A stretch of 19,893 nt of DNA from Candidatus Micrarchaeota archaeon (lineage in GTDB: Archaea > Micrarchaeota > Micrarchaeia > Anstonellales > Bilamarchaeaceae): the NCBI GenBank assembly GCA_040754495.1, contig JBFMCO010000018.1, positions 1-19,893 on the forward strand, in the 5' to 3' direction. The stretch's first letter is position 1. Each line of letters begins with the position of its first letter. The position numbers were made by a program, and so were the translations under genes. The notes beneath the pieces are model-generated. The model was not told the origin of the DNA, made no database searches, and saw nothing but the letters and a program-made list of their open reading frames with translations. This document shows positions 1 through 6,820 of the stretch, in pieces.

Positions 1-63
1 CTGACACCTCAGAAGCCAAGACCGAGTAGCGAGCGAGGCGAACGAGCGTATGTTTTTATTTTT

Positions 64-864
64 TTGGCGAGTATTAGAGCTGGGACGATTCCGCTGCTTT
101 TGGGGAAAATTCGTCCGCTGTTTTCAGAGATTCCCAAAAGCAAGGTATTACACAACGACATTGAAGGTAGGTTCCCCCACAGAGTGCATGACATTTCTGA
201 TTACATGGACTTTTATGCTCTAGAGAAACGTCTTGAAGAGAGGGGTATATTCTCTAAACCAGGACACGTGAAGCAGATTGTTACGCAAAAAGAAGAACCT
301 CCACCAGAGTTAAGCGATGATGATTTAAAATTTTACAAGGATGCCCTTAGGAAAGGCAGTCCACTAAATAAGGAACAGGTAGCAAGCGATGTTTACTACC
401 TAAGCCAACACCATCCATCGAAATTCAGAGACTTTGTCCCTATCTGTGTTGATTTGCTAGGTGACGATAATCCTGACAACCGCAAAACAATAATTCGGTT
501 GCTTGATAATCTGATGACTCGAAGTGATGATTTGAGAAGAGACGTCATCTCGCAAGCCTTCGATAAGATAGCTGCACTCGCTGAAAAAGATACCAATCCC
601 CAGGTGAGAAGCTACGCCTATTCCTTCCTTTCGAATTCTGACGATGAGCGGAGTCTGGACCTGTTAATTAATGCCCTCGTTACACTTACAGACCAAGAAT
701 ACCCGCAGCTAAACTTCCAGAATATTTTTATCGGCTGGCAGTGGCACGTGAAACGTAAACTCAAGAAATTACTCAAGAGAAAACTCATGGAGGAAATGGA
801 CAAACCCCATTCACAGCCTATCCTTATGAGACTGAAGAATATTGCTGGTCAACTTGGTGTTTAA
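64..864 (+). CDS. HEAT/ARM-repeat-like helical protein; start uncertain (frame is open from base 1; first ATG at 205)
   Basis: Amphipathic helix-turn-helix segments with HEAT-like turns (CVDLLGDDNPDNRKTIIRLL; IAALAEKDTNPQVRSYAYSFL; DERSLDLLINAL); low-GC codon usage. Confidence 0.6.
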   Translation: MASIRAGTIPLLLGKIRPLFSEIPKSKVLHNDIEGRFPHRVHDISDYMDFYALEKRLEERGIFSKPGHVKQIVTQKEEPPPELSDDDLKFYKDALRKGSPLNKEQVASDVYYLSQHHPSKFRDFVPICVDLLGDDNPDNRKTIIRLLDNLMTRSDDLRRDVISQAFDKIAALAEKDTNPQVRSYAYSFLSNSDDERSLDLLINALVTLTDQEYPQLNFQNIFIGWQWHVKRKLKKLLKRKLMEEMDKPHSQPILMRLKNIAGQLGV

Positions 865-868
865 ACTC

Positions 869-1618
869 TCAAAGTATCTCTTGTGCAAGCCAATCTATGT
901 TATCAGTGAACAATTCGTCTAACTCTGATTCTTCTATAAACTCCTGGAAGCTGTTCTTGAGTATTACTTGAAAGTTTTCTCTGGGGACCTGATTTGTCTT
1001 GTAGTAATGTGCTGCCTCGTCCCATGCACGAACCAATTTTTTTCCTGCGTTTTCTATGTCTTCATTAATCTCATCCAATACCTCGTCATCTTCCCCGTCT
1101 CTCTCCGCATTTTCATATTCTCTATCGAGTTCTGTGAGTTCGTCTTCTATTATCCCTATCTTCTTTGCTATTTTTTCTAGCCGCTCTTCATCACGAGCAT
1201 CAACGCTCATTTTGCCTCCGCTAGGCTTTTCACTTTTTTTTGCTTTCCCACCGAGTTCTTGACTTGACAAAACTTTGGAAGATGCTGATGACCCATCACC
1301 GATTGAAGTGGATACACTTCCTCCATAGACATTATATGTTTGAGTAACCTTATTTTTTGACCTATCAACTCCGCCTGAACTGTCTTGGCTGCTGCTGCGA
1401 CTAACCCTTCTCAAAAATTCCATAACAACTTGTCCTACCGAATCGGGCTTGATAAAACTCCCGATAGAAAATGCGCCAAAAAGAATCATCAAAAAGGTGG
1501 AAACTTGACCTCCTGTGTTTGACAACCATCCGCTCGAATTAGCAGCTATCCCTGTTATGACTGCCATTATCAGACTTGATATGCCTGCTAGATAGCCATC
1601 TCTTGTGCTCTCCTCCAT
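869..1618 (-). CDS. Hypothetical membrane protein: two N-terminal TM helices, Ser/Gly-rich linker, acidic helical C-terminal domain
   Basis: Hydrophobic runs at about aa 9-27 and 40-57; TTATATAT box at 1649-1642 on the minus strand, 23 nt before the ATG; AGGAGTG just upstream of the ATG. Confidence 0.75.
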   Translation of the reverse strand: MEESTRDGYLAGISSLIMAVITGIAANSSGWLSNTGGQVSTFLMILFGAFSIGSFIKPDSVGQVVMEFLRRVSRSSSQDSSGGVDRSKNKVTQTYNVYGGSVSTSIGDGSSASSKVLSSQELGGKAKKSEKPSGGKMSVDARDEERLEKIAKKIGIIEDELTELDREYENAERDGEDDEVLDEINEDIENAGKKLVRAWDEAAHYYKTNQVPRENFQVILKNSFQEFIEESELDELFTDNIDWLAQEIL

Positions 1619-1707
1619 ACGCCCACTCCTTCTGTAGAAAGATATATAAGGAAAGAAAGCTATTTATTCGTAAGGAAGTGTCATTACTTTAGGCATCCAC
1701 TAATCGT

Positions 1708-1771
1708 CTCCCGCCGCTCGGCAGGAGCATTGTCAGTTTGTCAACCCTCACGGGTTGACACTGACTCTTTT
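1708..1771 (+). other. Two tandem hairpins followed by a T-rich tract (small RNA, terminator or element end)
   Basis: CTCC-c-GCC/GGC-a-GGAG at 1708-1727; GTCAG-tt-TGTCAACCC-tcac-GGGTTGACA-CTGAC at 1732-1765 (9-bp plus 5-bp perfect stems); TCTTTT follows. Confidence 0.6.
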
Positions 1772-1794
1772 CCCTACATCTCCCTCTGTCTGCT

Positions 1795-1881
1795 AGCCCC
1801 TCCAAATTCTGCACGAAATGTGGCTATGCACTGAGCGTGGATGCCCCGCTAAATAAACAAGCGCTGGCGAACTTGAGTTAG
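1795..1881 (+). pseudogene. Remnant of a zinc-ribbon C-terminus (SPSKFCTKCGYALSVDA), possibly from a tyrosine integrase
   Basis: KFCxxCGxxL half-knuckle in a frame with no ATG/GTG/TTG start before the motif; in-frame TGA at 1762; ends TAG at 1879-1881. Confidence 0.45.
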
Positions 1882-1892
1882 CGCAAGGTTAT

Positions 1893-1902
1893 GATTTAAA
1901 TC
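1893..1902 (+). promoter_or_regulatory. TATA-like box inside the perfect palindrome GATTTAAATC, upstream of the toxin-antitoxin-like pair
   Basis: Seen in sequence; about 20 nt upstream of the GAGGGG ribosome site. Confidence 0.45.
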
Positions 1903-1933
1903 GTTAGAAACGTATCCGCTTGAGGGGCATTGC

Positions 1934-2311
1934 TTGGAACAACCAATCGATGGAGACATCTTTAGTAAGCTGCTTCGTGTTAAACCACGTGGGTTCAGGT
2001 ATACGAACCACGCAATCCAACAAGCCAAAAAGCGTGGCATCATCCAAGACCACGAAGACTCGATTATACGCTTCGAGAGGGATTTAACTGAAAACAAGCC
2101 TCATAAGGTAACGGAACAGGATCTGGAATATGATGGTGAACGGAAGTTCAAGGCCTATTACCCCGCCGCAGAGGGAGGGTATATCGCCTATATCGTTGTC
2201 CTAAATGCCCAGGTCCGTTTGTTAAGCCTGTATCGGACAACCAAAAAACTGCTAAGGCAGGTATACCGAATCAGGAAACGGCTGGGACCTGCGCACCAAA
2301 GAAAGCTATAA
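1934..2311 (+). CDS. DUF4258-like putative toxin (RelE/BrnT-like ribonuclease fold)
   Basis: N-terminal FRYTNHAIQQAKKRGI matches the DUF4258 pattern F/YTxHAxxxxxxRxI; GAGGGG site before TTG; sits directly upstream of a DUF2283 gene. Confidence 0.7.
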   Translation: MEQPIDGDIFSKLLRVKPRGFRYTNHAIQQAKKRGIIQDHEDSIIRFERDLTENKPHKVTEQDLEYDGERKFKAYYPAAEGGYIAYIVVLNAQVRLLSLYRTTKKLLRQVYRIRKRLGPAHQRKL

Positions 2312-2336
2312 AAGCATAGAAATGGAGAGTTTTACG

Positions 2337-2666
2337 ATGAAACACGTGAATTTTGATCCCGATGCCGATGCGCTTGCTGTCGAACTTAGTGCAAAAAAGG
2401 CTTACCGGACCATCGAACTGACCGAGCACATCCTGATTGATGTATCCGACTCTGGCCAGGTGGTCGGGCTTGAAATACTGGATGCAAGCGAAGAAATATC
2501 GAAAATTTTCGGTAGGGTTGTTTCAAAAGCCGAAATCAAGCAATTGCTTTGCCAGATAAGACAGAAACCAAATGACGAATACCTTATCCAGTTCAGTTCA
2601 CCCAAAAAGAACAACCAGGTTGCTACTTATCTGTTCCAATTATACCGCAGTCCGTTGATTTCTTGA
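2337..2666 (+). CDS. DUF2283 domain protein (putative antitoxin) with C-terminal extension; alternative start 2322
   Basis: MKHVNFDPDADALAVEL...ILIDVSDSGQVVGLEILDAS is the DUF2283 signature; GGAGAG lies 7 nt before ATG 2337. Confidence 0.85.
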   Translation: MKHVNFDPDADALAVELSAKKAYRTIELTEHILIDVSDSGQVVGLEILDASEEISKIFGRVVSKAEIKQLLCQIRQKPNDEYLIQFSSPKKNNQVATYLFQLYRSPLIS

Positions 2667-2734
2667 TGGGCTGCCCATCACTACGTTAGTGTTTATTCCT
2701 GGAATGGAAAAAGAAGCTCTTCAAGAGCACCCAC

Positions 2735-3574
2735 CTAAAACATCTCCGCCCCGAAGCCCTCGCTCTCGTACATCTTGTTCTCTGCGGAGATGATTAGGGC
2801 TTCCACAGGCAGCCTCCCCGAAAGCTCAATCCCCTCTGCAAAGCCCGCCGTGAAAAGCGCAGTCGCATAAGCATCCGCCTCCATCCCCGTATCCGCAATG
2901 ACGAAAATCGCCTTGACTCCGCTCGCCGGCTTCTTCGTCTTGGCGTTAATCAGGTGGTGGTACCCGCCCCACCTCCGCCGGTTCGGGGCAGAGCCTGCAA
3001 TCGCCCGGCCATCAAGGGAAACCTTCCCTATTGCCCTCGTAGAATCGTCAGGGTGCTCAAGGAGAACCGGCCACGGCTCCCCTTTCGCGTAAATATCCCC
3101 GCCTGCATTGATGTAATAGTGCCCGGCGCCCTCCCGCCCCAACAAACGGCTGACCCTGTCAAGAGCGTAGCCCTTCCCGAATCCGCCGAACTCGATTTCC
3201 TTGTTGAGCAGGATGCGGCTGTTTTTCGCATCAACGAGAATGTCCGGGCCATCTTTCCCGGGGCTTTTCGCGCTGGACGCACTCCTATACCCTATCTCGT
3301 CAAGCACGGCCTTGAGCGTTATATCGAAATTGCCGCCGGTTTTCCCCCTGAACTCCATGCCCTTGGATACAAGAAACAGCATCTCGGGAGAAGCGTCCTG
3401 CCACTCGCCGAGCCTGCAATTCAGCCTGGACAGCTCGGAATCCGCAAGGAAGCGCGAATAGGCCCTTTCAATCCTTCTTATCTCCTCAAAACAGGCAGAA
3501 AAAAGATTCGAGTGCCGCTCGGGAAGCTTTATCTCGACGACCGTCCCGAGCAGCTCCTCGCTCCTGGAAATCAT
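2735..3574 (-). CDS. apbE: FAD:protein FMN transferase (ApbE family)
   Basis: LGT, SRF..DSELSRLN, FDIT, GGFGKGYALD, INAGGDI, HHLIN, ADAYATALF motifs; ATG 3574 lies 1 nt after the stop of the upstream gene. Confidence 0.93.
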   Translation of the reverse strand: MISRSEELLGTVVEIKLPERHSNLFSACFEEIRRIERAYSRFLADSELSRLNCRLGEWQDASPEMLFLVSKGMEFRGKTGGNFDITLKAVLDEIGYRSASSAKSPGKDGPDILVDAKNSRILLNKEIEFGGFGKGYALDRVSRLLGREGAGHYYINAGGDIYAKGEPWPVLLEHPDDSTRAIGKVSLDGRAIAGSAPNRRRWGGYHHLINAKTKKPASGVKAIFVIADTGMEADAYATALFTAGFAEGIELSGRLPVEALIISAENKMYESEGFGAEMF

Positions 3575-3575
3575 C

Positions 3576-4088
3576 TCATCCCTTGTAGCTCTCGACGAGC
3601 CCCTCGGCATACTGCTTGAAGGCCGCGGTCGTCAGCGAGCTGCCGGCTACGTTTTTGGGTATGTTCAGCTCGTCGATTTTCTTGCCCACGACAAGGCCGG
3701 GCAGGGCGTCGTTGAATTTGCCGATGATTTTCGCAGACACGTTGTTCGACGGGTCGTCGGAGCGGACCGACGCGTTCATTATAGTGCCGTTCACCACCGT
3801 TATGCTTATGTCCACGGTCTCGTTGCCGCTGTGGAACGCATACGTCACGCTGTCCGAGTAATTGCCGTCAGGGACAGCCGCCAAAATCGCTTCCTGCGTC
3901 TTTTCATAGCCGGTCTTGTTGTCGGCCAGGATGGCGTCGCCGCCCTTCGTCACCGCCTCGCCGTCAGGCTGTTTCTGCACGCCCTGCGCCTGGGACAGGT
4001 ATACCATCACCAGCAAAGGAACAAGCAGAATAGAGGCAACTACCTTGTAGTCGATAAACGTCCCGCCGTTTTCATTCTCCGCATCCAT
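3576..4088 (-). CDS. Membrane-anchored FMN-binding (flavinylation target) protein
   Basis: N-terminal TM anchor; ISITVVNGTI beta hairpin; C-terminal VAGSSLTTAAF variant of the [S/T]GA[S/T] motif; GGAGGGTG ribosome site; adjacent to apbE. Confidence 0.8.
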   Translation of the reverse strand: MDAENENGGTFIDYKVVASILLVPLLVMVYLSQAQGVQKQPDGEAVTKGGDAILADNKTGYEKTQEAILAAVPDGNYSDSVTYAFHSGNETVDISITVVNGTIMNASVRSDDPSNNVSAKIIGKFNDALPGLVVGKKIDELNIPKNVAGSSLTTAAFKQYAEGLVESYKG

Positions 4089-4107
4089 CCCTGCACCCTC
4101 CGTTCAG

Positions 4108-4137
4108 CGTAAGGCCTAATGTAAGGTCAATGTAAGC
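4108..4137. promoter_or_regulatory. Direct repeat AATGTAAG x2 at 11-bp period plus a third partial copy, upstream of the FMN-binding/apbE operon
   Basis: AATGTAAG at 4118-4125 and 4129-4136; CGTAAG at 4108-4113. Confidence 0.5.
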
Positions 4138-4244
4138 TTCGTGAAAAACTCTTTTTTAACCCAATAGTTACCCTGCGGTTAGCGCTTTGCGCCGGGCATG
4201 GCAAAGCAAGATGATATATAACTTTCCATGCGAATACGCCGCCT

Positions 4245-4334
4245 ATGGAAACCATCTTTAAAATCGATGAAGACGAGGACGTCGACGAAGAGGACACCGA
4301 AGAAGAAGGCGATGAGGAAGAAGAAGACGAATAA
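4245..4334 (+). CDS. 29-aa highly acidic microprotein METIFKIDEDEDVDEEDTEEEGDEEEEDE (not in the ORF track)
   Basis: TATATAA at 4215-4221, 23 nt before the ATG; 20 of 29 residues are Asp/Glu; stop abuts the convergent gene's stop at 4337. Confidence 0.6.
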   Translation: METIFKIDEDEDVDEEDTEEEGDEEEEDE

Positions 4335-4336
4335 AC

Positions 4337-4984
4337 TCACGGGCCGATAGCCCCCAGGTCCAGCATGGCCTGTTCTGAAGTGTAATCCGGGACCGAGGGG
4401 TAATTCTTCCTCCACCTGGGGAAGTCGTCGAGGTCTATCTGCACGGGCGCTCCTCTTCCGTCTATGCGCGCGACCCAGTCCTCATCCCCGGGCGTCTCCA
4501 GCCTATACTGGCCCCCTGCGCTCAGGTCCTCCACCAGCATGGCATACATCGGCGACCTTCTCCAGAGCGGCTTGTACCTCACGAGGATTGAGAACGCAGT
4601 GGCATACCCTTCCCCGCCGTTCTCTACGAACTCCGAGACGCTCCTGTTCCTGCCAAAACCCCCGAATTCAGACCAGCAATACGCTTCCCTGCAGTATATC
4701 CCGAATTCAAGCGTCTTCCAGTTGCCGGTCTGCCTGAAGCGTGCCCGCAGCGGGTCCGCCCGGTCCGGGTCCCCGGACCGGATTGGCTCCTCGAACTGCT
4801 CCCGCGTCGCCACCCACAGGCCGCTTGGCAGCATTCCCGCCCGGTAATGGATGTTGTTCGTCCCGTGGCCGAGCACATCGTCCAGCTTCCGGGCTTCGAA
4901 AAAGTGGGCCGCCAGCTTTTTCAGAAGCGGCTTCTCTCCGATGATTTGCGCCCTGATTGCCATGGAGCGCTGGAAATGGTCCAT
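4337..4984 (-). CDS. Hypothetical protein with degenerate protein-kinase-like motifs
   Basis: TATAAAAAA at 5014-5006, 21 nt before the ATG; VLGHGTNNIHY, WVATRE, MLVEDLSAGG, VQIDLD segments. Confidence 0.7.
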   Translation of the reverse strand: MDHFQRSMAIRAQIIGEKPLLKKLAAHFFEARKLDDVLGHGTNNIHYRAGMLPSGLWVATREQFEEPIRSGDPDRADPLRARFRQTGNWKTLEFGIYCREAYCWSEFGGFGRNRSVSEFVENGGEGYATAFSILVRYKPLWRRSPMYAMLVEDLSAGGQYRLETPGDEDWVARIDGRGAPVQIDLDDFPRWRKNYPSVPDYTSEQAMLDLGAIGP

Positions 4985-5048
4985 GCAGATATCTTGCCAG
5001 GAAGGTTTTTTATAGTTTATTTTAGTGAAAAAAAGTGGTTATGACCTC

Positions 5049-6161
5049 CTACGCCGCCTCTTTCTCGTCCTCCACCGGCCCAAAGCCGCCGGATTCGGGT
5101 TTCTCGGATACATGTTCCGGCTTGGGCTTCTCGGGCTCAGGACCAGCCTGTTCCGCCTTCCGGTTCCTCCGGAGAATCCTCTCCACGAGAGCGGTCTCGA
5201 CTCCGGCGAGCAGGACGTCCAGCCCCTCCAGCGCGCTCATGGTGGATATGAGGAATTTCGTGAAAGCGGCAGGCGGCAGGCCGCTCAGGCCCCCTATCAG
5301 GGCGACGCAGGCGCGCACGGTGTACCACGGGGCGGCCCACACGACAGCAGAAGTCCCGATAATCTCGCCGGCCTCCCGGTAAGCGTTCACCCTGGCGCTA
5401 TCGTCCGCATGCCCCTTCCCGAACTTCCTCGCGTGCGCAAATCCCTTGAAAAATTCCCCGAGATTGCGAAGGAATCCCTCGCCTTCCTGCCTGCGGACGA
5501 CGCGCACCCACCATGCGGTGTAGGCGGCCGACCACGTGCAGAACGTGGCGATGCTCGCGGCGATGGCCGCTGCGACCGCCCGCCCCACGCTTATCGTAGG
5601 GTCCGAGCCCCCATGCACGACCGCGCCCAGGGTCGCGAAGAAGACCGGCGCGGCGGGCGTGTACCCCACCACCGAAGCCTCCAGATAGCGGGATATGCCC
5701 GCGCTGCACCGCTTCACCTTGAAGAGCTTGCGCAGGCTGATGGCTATTGCCGAAGGGTGGGCGCAGGCGACGGTATACCCGATGATGTCAGACAGCGTCT
5801 CCCCGATTCCTTTCAGCCTGTCCGAGAGCCACGCCCCTGCCTGTGCAAGGCCGAAGCCGATTGCCGCCCAGGACACGACCTCAGCGATGCGCCCGAGGGC
5901 CGGGTGCTCTTTCTTGAAATTCTCGGTCCGCTCCACGATGCGCTTTGCCGGTCGCGACACGTCCTCGAGGCCGTAAAGCTGGGCGGCCTTGGCCATCGGC
6001 ATCAGCGCGATGCATTTCAATGATTCGGAAAAATCGCTGGGAGGCTTGTGCTTTGCAAAAACAAGTACGCGTGGCTTATTCTGGGCCCCACTCCCATCAT
6101 GACCCCCGGCGACTGCATCTCCATGGCGCAGTTTCATACCGAGCTCCGGATGGACTGGCAC
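5049..6161 (-). CDS. Hypothetical multi-pass membrane protein; start uncertain (6161 or 6137)
   Basis: Several Ala/Gly/Val-rich hydrophobic segments; charged Pro/Glu/Lys tail; TTTATATT upstream; no family recognised. Confidence 0.7.
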   Translation of the reverse strand: MPVHPELGMKLRHGDAVAGGHDGSGAQNKPRVLVFAKHKPPSDFSESLKCIALMPMAKAAQLYGLEDVSRPAKRIVERTENFKKEHPALGRIAEVVSWAAIGFGLAQAGAWLSDRLKGIGETLSDIIGYTVACAHPSAIAISLRKLFKVKRCSAGISRYLEASVVGYTPAAPVFFATLGAVVHGGSDPTISVGRAVAAAIAASIATFCTWSAAYTAWWVRVVRRQEGEGFLRNLGEFFKGFAHARKFGKGHADDSARVNAYREAGEIIGTSAVVWAAPWYTVRACVALIGGLSGLPPAAFTKFLISTMSALEGLDVLLAGVETALVERILRRNRKAEQAGPEPEKPKPEHVSEKPESGGFGPVEDEKEAA

Positions 6162-6212
6162 TTCCGCTCATTAGCGGAATATAAACCTGAGGGTAAAAAA
6201 GAAAGAAAAAAT

Positions 6213-6626
6213 CTATTCCATCCTCTCGCCGCTCCATTCGCCGGCGAATTCGCCCTCGGAGCCGTATCTCCAGGCGCCTTCGATGCTGTTGCAGTCGTCG
6301 GAGAGGTTGAGCTCGACATCGCCGGCATTGCTAGGGGGCAGGTAGGCGTTCTCGCCGGCGTTCTCGGACCACTGGCCCCTGAGCGTTTTGCCGCTCACGG
6401 TGCCGGCTATCCTCCCCTCGTCATGTTCGTACGTGCCGCTCACGTTGGGGCCGTTCTGGAGCAGCGTCATCTCGCCCCAGTCACTGTTCCATTTGCCGCC
6501 AAACGAGCATCCTGCGGGTTGCTGGCCCGGCTGCGATTGGGCCGGAGGCGTCCCTACCTGCTGCGAAAACGTGCAGCCTGCGAGGAAGACCGCGGCCGCC
6601 AATATCAAAATCAATGCGGTTCTCAT
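6213..6626 (-). CDS. Lipoprotein with a streptavidin/avidin-like beta-barrel pattern
   Basis: MRTALILILAAAVFLAGC lipobox; GGTGA before ATG 6626; GKWNSDWGEMTL..VSGTY..GRIAGTV..LRGQWSE..IEGAWRYG..WSGER. Confidence 0.75.
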   Translation of the reverse strand: MRTALILILAAAVFLAGCTFSQQVGTPPAQSQPGQQPAGCSFGGKWNSDWGEMTLLQNGPNVSGTYEHDEGRIAGTVSGKTLRGQWSENAGENAYLPPSNAGDVELNLSDDCNSIEGAWRYGSEGEFAGEWSGERME

Positions 6627-6670
6627 AGATTCACCGCAACCGCTTTCGATGCGTGATAATAAATACCCGT

Positions 6671-6811
6671 TCATCGCGCGAACTTGCCGGGATTCTCCCT
6701 GAACTCCTGCTGGCAGGCGGGGGAGCAGAAATAGTACGTCCTGCCCTTGTATGCCTCCTTCCGCGCCTTCTTCTCGTCCACATCCATTCCGCATACCGGG
6801 TCATTTGCCAT
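6671..6811 (-). CDS. YHS-domain small protein MANDPVCGMDVDEKKARKEAYKGRTYYFCSPACQQEFRENPGKFAR (not in the ORF track)
   Basis: DPVCGMxV and YxGxTYYFCSxxC are the YHS signature; AGGCGG ribosome site; starts 9 nt after the beta-CASP stop. Confidence 0.92.
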   Translation of the reverse strand: MANDPVCGMDVDEKKARKEAYKGRTYYFCSPACQQEFRENPGKFAR

Positions 6812-6820
6812 GAAACCGCC

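Noticed and set aside
1732-1765. IscB omega-RNA or IS200/IS605 end (GTCAAC start)
   Set aside because: Only GTCAAC matches; no tnpA, tnpB or iscB gene or remnant in the window, so no family is assigned.
3575-3610. Longer ApbE start at 3610
   Set aside because: Overlaps the FMN-binding gene and adds no signal peptide; ATG 3574 is translationally coupled.
4228-4350. 40-aa basic peptide MRIRRLWKPS...
   Set aside because: ATG lies only 6 nt from the TATA box, so it is unlikely to be transcribed from it; composition is the frameshifted read of the acidic ORF.
5025-6023. 332-aa plus-strand ORF
   Set aside because: Antisense to the membrane protein; Arg/Pro/Gly-rich composition typical of off-frame GC-rich DNA.
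6627-6794. N-terminal 56 aa of the track ORF 6213-6794
   Set aside because: Overlaps the YHS gene in another frame; true start is ATG 6626 with a lipobox and GGTGA site.
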